DNA of 47,288 nt, filler included, from Sphacelaria rigidula (lineage: Eukaryota), in the NCBI GenBank assembly GCA_964200075.2. It is 2 parts of 2 records of this genome, joined end to end, with 100 filler letters (N's around TTAATTAATTAA, not from the genome) between each part and the next. Parts side by side here need not be neighbours in the genome. Positions count along the whole stretch, not along the records: positions 1 to 23,602 come from CAXNAA020000255.1; 1 more part is not named here. The stretch is one strand, 5' to 3'. Position numbers and translations under genes: made by a program. Of this stretch, positions 1-11,785 are shown one piece after another. Below the pieces are notes generated by a model that was not told where the DNA came from, did not search any database, and saw nothing but the letters and a program-made list of their open reading frames with translations. Numbering within the stretch: the stretch's first letter is position 1; each line of letters starts with the position of its first letter.

Positions 1-1950
1 AAGCACGGCTTTTGAGTTGAGCCTCATTTTTTTTTCAACCCCATTTTCGAAAATCGGCTGTTTTCTGCTGTTTCTCGATTCTCATCCACCGATACCGTGT
101 CGTATGTGGGACTTGAACAGCAAAAAAAAGCTGCTCGCAAATAAGAGTCTTTTTTTGCCCAATTCAAGATATTGGTGGGCAAAATGAGGATATATTTCGA
201 ACAGTTTCTGGGGTACAAATTCCATTTGCGAGTGTATATGGGATTTGCACAGCCTCTGCTGTTCGAAATAAATCCTTTTGGCCTGATTCCAAGCTGATTC
301 CAATAATTTGGAATCAGGACTTATTTCGAACAACAGCTGTGATAATTCCAGATTTCCATAGCACTTGTGGCTCCAAAAACAATTCAGGGAATCTTAATAT
401 CGACACACAGACCTTCGAGGGCCCCGACATTGAAAACCCTCTAGGGGATTACGAATACCCAAGATCCTCTAGGGGGGATTTTAAAACGGATGGAACCGAG
501 GAAGGCGTTTGCAGATTCTTCAACGCGGTAGCCGAATGAATGGCCGCGTGTGATATCTAAGAACAGGGGGAAACTGACATTGTTTTGGTAACTTGACCGT
601 TTGTTATTGAAAATGCAAGTTTGGCCAGAAACGAAACCGTGACCTACGGCAAACGCATGTGTGCTCTGGAAGCGTCTCAGCGAGTAGAGCAATAATTAAG
701 TCATCCCAAGGTATCAACAGGCGCTTCGCCCTCTTTTCGGGGGGGAAACGACGGATAAGGACCAAAAATGCGTTTTTTAGAGTTCCTTGCTTTCCAGTAA
801 AGAGATGCCTGAGAGGGTGTGTGTTTGCCTGAAACGCCCATACAATATATTCCCAAGGCACAAAGGCGAGCAAGAAAGACCCCGTTAGATCGGGAATTCC
901 TGAAACCGGGTGCTAGGGGGGACACAAATAACTCATAATCCTAACCCTATAACCCCAGCCCAGGGATGTCAGGCACGAATACGGCATCTTCTGATGATGA
1001 TGGATGAACGGACGTATAAGGCAGATGCCTTAGAGTATCCTTACCCAAAAAAATCGCCTGCAGCGGGGCTTGCTGCGCATGCCTAAGTACGCCTACGACG
1101 TGCCTTATTTGTCAGGTCCTAACCAAAGCTCAGAACGCGAGCCGTGGTGCGGCCTGATCAGCGCGCCCAATGCCTCACGAAGCCTGTATGTATATGACCG
1201 TGTCATCAACGGGTACTTGTATTAAGAAATTTGGTGTGGCAGCGAAAAAATATGATCAATATAATTGCGTTCCTCCCGAGAACCTATGGTAAATGACATA
1301 CAAAGCGAAGCGACCGTACGCGAGAACCTTGCGAAGATATCCGCTCTCATAGTCTCTCCGCAAAGCGTAGAAGAGAGACGCAACAAGAAGTACATCTCAC
1401 TGGTCTACTGGTAATTCTGCGGGAGAGTACTTTGATCGTGTGGACCCTGGCTTCTGCTTTTAACGAGCTAGCTCCCGGATGCATGCCCGCTGGAAGACCT
1501 CGTTCTCGCCCCCAGGGCACGCTGCTGGTCGGCAGACATCTGTAAGTTGTTACAGACAGATTTGACGAACTTGCTGACGACTGATCGCGTATTGTTCTGG
1601 CTGTGTTCTACTGACTGTGTCATACATTGTCTACGATATTCCTGGCGGTTACACGTTAGACTACAGGCCATATCATACAATAGCAGACATGAGCATTCAA
1701 CATTCAACGATTTCATACTGGTTCGGCGGAGGGATTACTCGTCAGTCTTACGCCAAAAAGATAAAAATCGGAACAGAATCTGACATATTTTCGCCCCAAT
1801 ACGCACGCATACACTGCGCAACCCCAGATTCAGCAAGATGAGGTTATTTTATGTTGTCTACATGACATGTGGTCGAAGTTTCAGCGCGTACAAGCACTGA
1901 CAGCGCTTGCACGACTGTGCCTCCTGAAGTGAGCACCTCTACAGGCGATA

Positions 1951-2853
1951 TAGTAGTCAGCATCAGAAGTTTTCAGAACCCGTAGTTGTTAGCTTTTGAG
2001 TTTTTCTCGAGTACTGTTCTTAACAACTACTTGAAAATGCTAGCGCCGGTAGATTTTGGGGGAAAGCGTAGGCCGCGCTCAAACTGCAGGGCCCAAGTTG
2101 GTGTTTTTGGGGCGATACGGACTAGATACCCCGTTTATCAGGAGGGTGTTACTGACCGTTTTTGGTCCAATGAAAACTGTTTTCTGGCTATTCCGCAACG
2201 AAACGGTGAATATTGAGATAAATCAATATGTATACAATTCTTCACAATAACGATCGAGTTCGTGTTTCCCTGCTATACTGCACAGACCTCAGTGTAGCAT
2301 TTTCTGCGGATGGCCTCTATTCGGGGGGTTTTCGCATATAATTTTCCATGAGCACTCGAAAGTGCTAGCGTCGATAGTTTTGGCAAAATTAGTAGACCGT
2401 GCTCAAATCACAATGCCCAAGTTGGTGTTGTGGGAGCGATATGGAGTAAAGACCCCGTTTATCAGGAGGGTGTCATTGACCGTAAAAGGTTAAAAAACAT
2501 GGTTTTCCGGCTTTAGCACAGTGAATAGGTGGAAATTCAAAGAAAATATATATTTTCTGAGTCTTCACTTATACGATCGGGATCGAGTCGGTCCACCGAA
2601 AATACCAAAAAGCTAGAACTTGGGCTTGCACTTTCGCAGGACGCCCGAAGATCGGTCAAGCCCGTAAGTCACTCATTATTGATCGCAGATATTTTTTCTT
2701 TCAATATTTGTCGAGAGGATCAAAATATGTGCAGATGCCCATTTTTTGGCATCCAACAGTCACTGCGATGAGTGGTGGCAAGGTAAACAAAATTGGAAAA
2801 TCTTTGAGAAACTAAAAATTACAAATTCTGCACACTTCTGACGCTGACTACTG
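1951..2853. mobile_element. Non-autonomous Tc1/mariner-type element (CAGTAGT family) with an internal tandem duplication of about 325 bp
   Basis: TIRs (t/c)agtagtcagcatcagaag and cttctgacgctgactactg, with TA on both sides (1949-1950, 2854-2855). Internal blocks about 2034-2265 and 2359-2590 resemble each other. Confidence 0.8.
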
Positions 2854-3149
2854 TACCAAGATAGGTCCTGCGTAGAATGACATCATCCACAGTGTGCCCA
2901 ATACCGATCGATGTTTATTTGCCGGGGCAGGAGCGACCCAGCAGGTCATGATGTGGAAGTGAGCGCATCTGCGTGTCAATATATGCATCCACTAACGTCT
3001 CGCGCAGTTTGGGCAGAGGGGACTCCGTTTCGAGGGCGTATTGATGGCATTGCCATAATCCGTATTCGCTTCGTGCGTCTGGCGCACCACGTAAAACGTG
3101 CCGCCGATCCGGGAATATGCTGTTTGTGTTGTGGTCTACCTCTGTGCCA

Positions 3150-3612
3150 AGTTACTTTTAACGGCAGCAAATCTGTATTTGTACAAATATGAGGGTTTCA
3201 GCCTGTCTACAGGCAGTTTTCCCCCGTGGATTCATTTTGTCCGTCCCCAATCATTTGAGTAATGTTTTCCCGGCTAGCTTTACGGAAACCAGATCAATTC
3301 TCCGATTCTTTGGACGTTGACTTTTGGTGTATCACATCCCTGCCCAGATCGGGAGATTCCCGCATCTCCCCCAAATCGGGGGCCCAAATCGAGGGAGATG
3401 CGGAAGGGTCCCGGTCTGAGCAGAAAGGTGATAAACCAAAAGCCAACGTCTAGAGGATCGGAGAACTGATCTGGTTTCCTCAGGGCTAGCCGAAAATCAT
3501 GCACAACGGACTGGGGTCTGAAAAATCAATCCACGGGAGAAAATCGCCTGTAGACGGGCTGATATCCTCATATTTGTACAAATACGGATTGGTTGCCATG
3601 AAAAATGTCATA
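3150..3612. mobile_element. Foldback (whole-length inverted repeat) MITE-like element
   Basis: The left arm gtatttgtacaaatatgagggtttcagcctgtctacaggc matches the reverse complement of about 3546-3585. The inner arms give near-identical ORFs (RLALRKPDQFSD) on opposite strands. Boundaries are approximate. Confidence 0.8.
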
Positions 3613-3615
3613 GTG

Positions 3616-5045
3616 CCCAAAATTCGAGTAGGGTATTTGAGGTCATACTCAATCTGCCCAAAATTTGAGTAGAGTATTGAGGTCATACCTAAGTGATAAT
3701 TTATACTCAAATATCACTTAGAGTACTTCACCCATTAGTTGAGTAGAGTGTTTGAGGTCGTACAGAGCGCGACAGATGTTAAGAATTTCGTAGTCAAGAA
3801 TCTCAGGCTCATTTTTTCCTATAAATTTAAGAATTTACGGGTAAGCACTTGTGCTGAGCTCAAGAGGAAAATGAGAGTTAGAAATTGGAAAGTGCAAGGG
3901 GGTCGGCAGGTAAGAATCTGTAAGAATGCGCCGCACCTCAGAATAATAAAAAAAGTGCCTCCACAACCACCGTAGCTACATCAGGCCCCCAAGCAAGCTG
4001 ATTCCTCTCTTAAATTGGCAAATAATACCTATCTCTACACGGACACCCGATGGATAACTGTCTGAAGCAATACAGTTGACAGTTCCTTAGTGAAACGTGG
4101 AGTGTTGTTGAGATTGAGCATGGGGTGGTTTGGTGGCCTGATCACTCGCAAGAGTCAGGAGCGCACGAAAGAAGTGTACGACTACCGTGTGCACCTTGAA
4201 TAGGATCAGAGCGTGCGTAGCATAAAGCTACCGTTAGCTGCATACAACACGGAAGCAAGCGCACCGGTGGGTTTGTGGATTTTACTAGAGCCTACTAGCA
4301 AACAGCAGAGGGGCGGCATGTACGGTCAAAAGGGAGCGGTAGAACAGCCAGTGCGGAGATTCAGAAGCAGGGCGGGAAACCCGGCAGTCAGTAGCAGGGG
4401 GAGAGTATTGACGTCCAACATGCGTAATATAGACCATGTCGATTGAGTGGCTGTTCTGTGGCTACAGCCAGTAATATAGTGCTACATCAGTTTGGTAGTC
4501 GTTGGAGGTGGGCAACATGAAGTTTTATCCCTGCAGCCTTGGAGAGCTTCGTCGAATGATAAAATTCGCGTGAAATCTGAGTAATGGATGAAATGTGCTC
4601 AACATGATTTTTGACAAGTGCTCAAGGAAAGAATGCCGTACACTGTATTGGATGCCTGTGCAAAGCAAGGATTTCAAAATTGAGCATCAGGCGCTTTGCA
4701 CCTCTTCGAACAATAAACATTTGGATTTGAGCATTTCTGCTGAAATCGGAGAGAAAACAAGACGCCGAGTCTCGCTCCAAATTAGAGTTTCTTGACATCT
4801 GTCGCGCTCTGTACTCAATTTTACAGTACCCAAAAGTTGAGTTGAGTATTTGAGGTCATCATCAATCCACCCAAAAGTTGAGTAAAGTGTTTAAGGTCGT
4901 ACTCAACCTACCCAAAATTAGAGTAGAGTATTTGACGCCGTACCCAATTTACTCAAAAATTGAATAGAGTATTGAGGCCATACCCAATCTACCCAAAGTT
5001 TGAGTAGAGTAAATACTCGGGCATTTTACCCGAGTATTCAAAAGT
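3616..5045 (+). repeat. 41-bp tandem array (CCCAAAATTYGAGTAGAGTATTTGAGGTCGTACYCAATCTA), copy 1, interrupted by the MITE at 3763-4811
   Basis: Units at 3616-3762 and 4812-5012. The array ends in the hairpin ATACTCGGG-cattttA-CCCGAGTAT. Confidence 0.85.
3763..4811. mobile_element. Non-autonomous Tc1/mariner-type element, 1049 bp
   Basis: 23-bp TIRs CAGAGCGCGACAGATGT(T/C)AAGAA with a duplicated TA (3761-3762, 4812-4813). Removing it restores the array unit gaggtcgTActcaat. Confidence 0.92.
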
Positions 5046-5429
5046 AGATGCCCGTCCACTGTTCCACCGCTGGATCGCCCATGGAGGAATCAGATGTGCG
5101 GCCGTAGCGTCGCTCATTTTTGACAATACCTACCCGACTATCCGTCTCCTCGTTTACGCAATGATGATGAGTAGCGCTTTTTACTGAAACTGATCTTGAA
5201 AAGGTTGCGACGGATGAGGTATGTACTGCCATGGGTGGGGGCAGGTGAGCTGGGGCACGTAGGTTCATTCACCTGCACCAATATTTTTATTTTTTGATGG
5301 CCACCATTCCCTCATACTCATTGTAGCACGTGACGTAATGTCACTCATCTCATTGATGCACATCGTTCGCCAATATATTGAACATAGTCCATGAACTGAC
5401 GTCACAAAGTCGTCGACGGTCACGGTTAC

Positions 5430-5730
5430 TCATCGTACCCAAGTGATACTCCATACCTGAGCATCGCTGAGAGTGCTTACCCGATATTTGAGTAAAGTGT
5501 TTGAGATCGCACTCAATCTACCCAAAATTTGAGTAGAGTGTTGAGGCCATACCCAAGTGATACTCTATACTCGAGAATTACTGAGAGTACTTACCCAAAA
5601 TTCGAGTAGAGTATTTGAGGTCGTACCCAATGTACCCAAAATTCGAGTAGAGTATTTGAGGCCGTACCCAATCTACTCAAATTGAGTAGATGTAATTCTC
5701 GGGTATTTTACTTGAGTATACAAAGGTACA
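5430..5730 (+). repeat. 41-bp tandem array, copy 2, with terminal hairpin
   Basis: Same unit and same internal variant (catacccaagtgatactc) as copy 1. Ends ttctcgggtattttacttgagtatacaaaggtac. Confidence 0.85.
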
Positions 5731-5759
5731 TACTTTATTCGACCTGCCCTTGCGATGGA

Positions 5760-6450
5760 TCTATACACCTCAATCTCAAAGGACCACGGGTCTCAAAGAG
5801 TGGGGCACCGGTGGTATCTGATACCTCGTATCGGAGCAGAGATGAAACGTGACCATGCGACCCGTTCAATAGCCAGCATCGTTACGGAGTTGCGGATTAA
5901 CACCTGCTGTAAAATACTGTTGGGAATTAGATTTAAGGCAGTTTTCCAAGGGCCCTCTTCATCGGTTGTGAAACAATGCAAATTGGGGCTAGTACTTGTA
6001 TGCAAAACAAATGAAAAGGGGATGACGCCATTCGCCCAGAACCTTGGGGAACATCAACGGTAACCCAGGCCATGCTTTTGACATCTTTGAGTTCAATACT
6101 GTCCATTAGAAAAACTCCTCAAGAGTCTCAAAATTGACAGATGACTCATAACAGCATATAAGAATAGTGGGGAAGTCGGTTTTGGACAGAGGATGCATGG
6201 TAGCGCAGGGGACAAGAGAACAGATGTCTCTGGGGTGGCCTCTATCGTAAGTTTGGGGGTGGTATACACTGTTTCGGCACCATATCGTGCGAACGGATAT
6301 GCGTTCGGATTATATAAATGTGTTCTTGGGATACCGGAAGCTTGAAAATGATGAAGAAAACTAGCTTCTCACCGGGGGATTCAATGAATGCATCACCTGC
6401 TCCAGAAAACGCGATAACACAGGTGGCATTTACCATCCTGGCCTGTTACA
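5760..6450 (-). mobile_element. Degenerate LINE reverse-transcriptase remnant
   Basis: The minus strand reads LRLLRSFLMDS...SMAWVTVDVPQGSG..SSPFHLFCI, resembling the non-LTR RT GVPQGSxLSPxLF motif. Heavily decayed. Confidence 0.45.
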
Positions 6451-8049
6451 CGCGAGTAGCGATGCACGCGAATACATGAACGCATGGATATAAAGTATAG
6501 ACAACGAAAATTTAGACTAGTTGTCATGGCGACACAAATCTCGATCATCTGTACGCAGATCGGGTAAGCTCAGATTCGGGATTTGCCTTACAGACCCCAC
6601 TATGACCCAGATCGGGGGAGCGCAGGTCAGGATTCTTCTATGTTCGCACAATCGGTTCCAATCTGCGCAACAGATTGGGGCAAAGTTGAATTCCCCCCAA
6701 TTTGTAAGGAAGTGACGTACGTACGGTGACGTACGATTGCAGGGCAAGGGAAGTTTGATCCGTTTGAAACCACAGCAGTCGACAGTCTCGTGACAGCACA
6801 GACCGTACCTACCCATGCCAGCTGCTGAAGCAGCTTCGTCGCGTAGGTAGCGCCCGCGGCGTCTGACAAGCGGATAAGAAGTGTTGACGCCGTAACCTGC
6901 GGCGATGGTCATAAACTGCACTGCACAGAACTGCACTGCCGTATGTATCACCGTAACGGACGGTGGGGTACAATCTTGTTGTCTGTTGCCCATGTACTTG
7001 CAGGGTGATATACGGTACTGCACTTGTATTGTACTGTTCTAGCACACTGTTGTCGCAATGATTCGGCCCATGTATTTTGGCGACTCTCGACGCAGCAGCC
7101 TCTCGTTTTTGGAGGCCGTCCGATTCTCGTTTGTCTTCGCGTCGCGACGTGTCCTCGAACTTTGCCGGCCCTTTCCCTACTCCAAGATATCACTTGCCCC
7201 TGTTCGTCGCTGCAGTGACCCAATTGTGCGCGTCGTTGACCTCTATAGAGAGTCCATACCGAAAGTTGAACTCGAAAGTAGCGGGCACGAGGTCACCACG
7301 CCATCGCTCAGATCAAGTCGACCACATGTTTCACGTGTTGGGCAAAGTCAGGATAACCTTCTGAAAACACTCGTGGGGTAGAACATGTAAACTGGAGGAC
7401 GTACGATTGCATGTAGCACATATATGTGCGCTCATTTTAACGCAAACATACATTTTCGGCACAACCCTTGTGTGAAGTTTGTTTTCAACGGCAGTAGAGA
7501 TAGTACTTCACACTTTACGGGGGAGAATCATCGCTGTGCGACAGGACGGTTATCCCCAGATATGCTGGTGAGATTTACCTGTACATGAGACTCGACATCA
7601 AAAGAATAAAGCGTGGTTTAGCACGGATGTTCAAGACAGGTCTTCACGTGCCGGCACACATGCAGTGTATAATTTGCACACATGCAGTATCGACTTTTTC
7701 GCGCAGCACCGGTTGCGCATTTGTCGTCTTCCATGTATGAGGCCTCTTCTATTCTACTCGAGGCATGATTGGTGCTTCTTGAAGTACACCGGTATGCCCG
7801 GATTCATGTAGAATAGACGACAACATATACTGTCGAATGAGGCGTCGATATCACTTCCACACACAGGAGGCCCAGGGGCGAGCACGGGAATCCCTCATGA
7901 TTATCTTTTCTCTTTGACGTATGGCGTACGTGGATTTTACATTGGGCAGCAGGTGATCAAAAATAACCGCCACATACACGCCGCATGGGTGTTCACATCA
8001 ACTAGCAATAATCAAGATCGCACGGGCTGTAGGCAGGATCTCCTCGGCA

Positions 8050-9800
8050 TGCGACTTTTATAGACTCCGCGAGATATTTCCCATTGGTCTGTCCTGTTCA
8101 CCGCTAGCGATGTCCTGGGTGAGAAGTTACATTCAACCGTGCATCAACGCCTAAAATGAACTGGAACGAGAACGTCAGTCAGTGCAGAACAAGGTGACGT
8201 AAGGATCTTGCTCTTCACGTTTTCAAAGGCCAGCTGCGAGACAGCAAGTGTGAGAATGCGAACAAACGGTGATGGGGCCAAGGAAATGCAGCGATACGGA
8301 GAAATCGTCGAGAGTACCACCCCTTAAGTGATGCCTGTCGGAGGAGGAGGCCACCAGTCGCGTGCTCACAACAAATTTCCTTGCACGCACAACCCAGCGC
8401 CACACGCACGCAACTGTGCCACCTACTTTAAAGTCGTGAAGGTACTACTCCCCCGCTGGAGCCTCGCCCTTCCCCACCCCCGCTCCGGTCGCACCCACGG
8501 GCCGCCGTGTTGAATACGCACCCACCATCAAGCTGCACTCATAAGCGCAGCGTGTAGAATGTGTGGGTTAGTTAGCTCCGCAGGGCATCCTTTGGTTAGT
8601 ACCCAAGCTGGAGGGGTAGTCATAGCATCCGCGTACTGGAGGCCGCGGCCCGCGACAGTCTGACAGCTGTGGTGGTACGTACTAGTGGTGAGCGCCATGT
8701 TGCGCACGAGATCGGGAAGCAGTTAGCCTACTGAACAAAGAGCACAGTGGAAGCATGGAAGGCAACATATGCGGGCTTCTTACATGAAAGTCACGCGTGA
8801 CCGCCATGGTGTGCAGCAGCGATCTCTTCGAAACCCGCACCATCATGTCTCCATCTTGTATAGTCTATGCGCCAAACGCGCACACCGCCTGTCGGGTGTA
8901 CAACAGCAAGCTCAGTATGGAACAATTATACGGTCAAGGTTGCAATTGCGCAAATATGCCGGAATGCCGATCCGGGATACAGACACGAAGGTGTGCAAGC
9001 TAGCATACACCGCGCCTTGCTGCCCCGAATGTCCGGAGAATGAATGGTTTCACGACGCCATCAAGGGTTATTGATTTACGCAACAGCCGAAAATTGAACG
9101 GCGACCACCGGAAACTTCTAAGGTGGTCCAGAAGCCTCTTCAAGGGTAGAGCATGTCCTGCCATGGTGTTAGAATCCGCCTAGGCCTCTAGGGCGAAAAA
9201 ACACGCGGAAGGGCCAAGGAGGCACTTTTCCGAGAGATGATTTTTTGTTGTTATCAAAAGCGGCTCAATGGGGAAGCGAAAATTGTGTGTTGAACGGTTT
9301 TGGTCCACGTGCTGTATTCCACATACCCATCTCGCGCTATCAGAATGGCAGCACAATAGTCCAATATTGCCACGATCGCCCGCCAGAACATCAATAAACA
9401 TCCACGGTGCGGTCACTGAAGGCGGGGTGTGCGCAGTATTGGGGTTATCCGTGCGCCAAACAGTATTAAAGAAGCGACAGTATTTTTTGTTGGGGCGTCC
9501 ATTTATAACTTCCGGAGCGGAAGCCTGCATCCCGATAAAAACTACAGTAGGTGTCCAGCTTTCAAACGATGAAGCAACGAAAGTTATCCTGCTTTGCACC
9601 GTCGGAACCGGCCTCCGCAGCGCAACCCCACTGTCCGACAGACTAACGATGCAGGTCCCTACTCGACGGCATAAGCTACCGGTGGCCCTGTCATGTATCT
9701 CACCAGAGTAGAAAAGTAGTCATTCATCTTAGAGATACCCGCTGTTGCTCGACTGTTGTGATCCTCGTTGCAGATACCTACCAAACAGTAGCGCGACCAC
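8050..9800 (+). mobile_element. Highly degenerate Ty1/copia pol remnant (integrase, RT and RNase H traces)
   Basis: Traces occur in copia order: NxxER-like (about 8150), KVCKL...WF (about 8990-9050), and YFLLGRPFI..SG...QLSNDEA resembling F.LGG.pISW.S..Q..VA.S..EAE (about 9480-9580). Many stops and frameshifts. Confidence 0.4.
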
Positions 9801-10847
9801 TTTATTGAATGCAGCTCCACACACAAAGTCATGCTCTGAACTGTAAGCAGTATATCCCAGCGTATGATTTCATGGTATCTGTGACGGATATGATTTGGTC
9901 ACACTAGGTACGACGGGGTTGCACCGATCAGTGTAGCACTGGGTTTCCTCTTGAACGTTCAGTCGACAGAGGACGCTGCGGCACTGTCCTAGGAGAGTAG
10001 TGTACGGTCTTAAATTCGGCTGTAGAGTGTAGTCGACCCTCCCGGAGACCAGCGACAGGGCTAGAACGACCACGTTTGCCGGCTTCACGGGGCACAGGTA
10101 TTGATATACAGCTCTGGTGCACTATCCACGGGTTGCTTACACTCAGACGTATCATCCTACTCGACATGGCTATGGAATTGGATGAAACTGTTTCGACGAG
10201 GAAGTGGTGCATACGATTCTCGCTGCCATGTGTTTGTGGCCGCGTGATGCCCGTTGTGGGTGATATTTAATTGGTGCCGAAACAACGTGCACATACCAGC
10301 TAACCTCCCCTATTTTTATCCTTCAGCACCCGATGTTTGTCCCTGTAGCCTTCACAAATGGTCTTTACGGGTCTCATTCTAAATCCCATGAACTTTCAGC
10401 CCTTTGCGTGCCTCAGCGCGCTGACTGTTTGGTCCGCAGCTACAGCTTTCATGATACTATAGTTCCATTTTACCGGAATATGAGCATACATTAATTTTCC
10501 TCATCACACCTTCAACCCCCTCCTCCGTTCCTCGTGACGAGTCGATGGTCTCGAGGGATCAACCCATATCTCCCAAAGCACACGCTTTGCATTTTGGAAT
10601 CCCATGTTGGATCAGCACTCTCGGACCGCGCCGACTCGCATTAAACGAGTTTTCTTTGCTACTCCCGTACTCACGTTGACAATAATGGACATCAGATACG
10701 TCGCAGAAAAGAAGACAATGTCACTTTCCGGGCATCGAACCTTCCCTCTTCCGACCTAGTTGGTCTCGGTTCGAATTAGACCGCCAGGGCGCGGTGTACA
10801 TGGCGCTGTTCAAGCCAAGTGCACAGGATCGTGTATCTCATACACCG

Positions 10848-11212
10848 GGCCGGTCGCCCCGATGGCTCAGTTGGTAACCTTCAAACCCTCTGACGGTTGG
10901 GTCGTACGTTCGAATCTCGGAGCGATCTGGGATTTTTTCACACACAATGCCCAACAGTGGAGAGCGACTATGTCGTGGGTACACAAAATTCGACTGAAGG
11001 GTTGACGACGGAAGAGTGCCGAACCCCTATCGCAATGAAAAAAAAAAGGCAAGCACCGCAGAAGGAACGGAGGTTGAGGACGATAACAAACAAAGAAGAG
11101 AAAACTCCTGTGTTGGTCTTCTTCCTGTGTGACGCCGGCTGGTGCGCCCACATGTACCGAAAGGTGTAGACCGGCGTCCATAATAGATGGGGCGACAACA
11201 CACAACACACAC
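10848..11212 (+). mobile_element. tRNA-derived SINE, copy 1
   Basis: Pol III A box TGGCTCAGTTGG (10863-10874) and B box GTTCGAATC (10908-10916), a non-tRNA body (aaggcaagcaccgcagaa...ccggctggtgc) and a CA-rich tail. Homologous to 16494-16860. Confidence 0.85.
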
Positions 11213-11722
11213 TCCAGCCAAATCTTGCAACACTGGGGCATGCGTACATTTTAGCGTATGGCAATCGAGAATATTTATAACGGTGAACATTGTATATCTG
11301 CTAGGAATAGTGTGCGCTGATCAATTATATATGAGTGCACACTAGCTAGTCATACAATCAATCTCCTTCGTTCATCAATATCGTCGCGCAGCTGCATTAG
11401 TCAGCATTCGAACGTCGATCTACTCTGCTGTACTGCACCGCAGCATGTTGTAGCATGTTGGGTGTAAACCCATGGCGAGTACGAGTAGATGCAATCGAAT
11501 AACTCCAAGGTCCTCCCTGGAGAAATTGACAATCTACAAAGGCAACTCGACCGAGATACTGGTGCCTTGTAGTCAGCGAACACTTACAGTACAAGAGTCC
11601 GCTAGGGCCAAAGTTCTTGAGAGTAGGGCGACGCATGCACTGCCACAAGTTGATAGGGGGTTTTCGTGGGTCCCCGCACTGCCTTGAGCAAAACTTGCGA
11701 ACGCTCGAGGCGCCTACTCCAC

Positions 11723-11785
11723 ATGACTACCGCGAGGCAGTATAGCCGAACCTTCGGGTACTCGGCACACGAACCCGCCTACGGG
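11723..11785 (+). CDS. Fucosyltransferase-like gene, probable exon 1 (MTTARQYSRTFGYSAHEPAYG)
   Basis: ATG at 11723 and a GTATGT donor at 11786, phase 0, in frame with exon 2. The in-frame ATG at 12065 is an alternative start. Confidence 0.55.

Noticed and set aside
24..930. Short ORFs at the window start as a gene or transposase
   Set aside because: No recognisable motifs or consistent splice structure. Probably repeat-derived.
970..1186. hAT-like MITE with CAGGC ends
   Set aside because: The ends match only loosely and no TSD could be found.
3616..5730. CRISPR-like regularly spaced repeats
   Set aside because: The units are contiguous tandem copies without unique spacers, there are no cas genes, and the context is eukaryotic.
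10848..10925. tRNA gene
   Set aside because: It has A and B boxes but no proper acceptor stem or cloverleaf, and it continues into a body shared with a second copy, so it is a SINE head.
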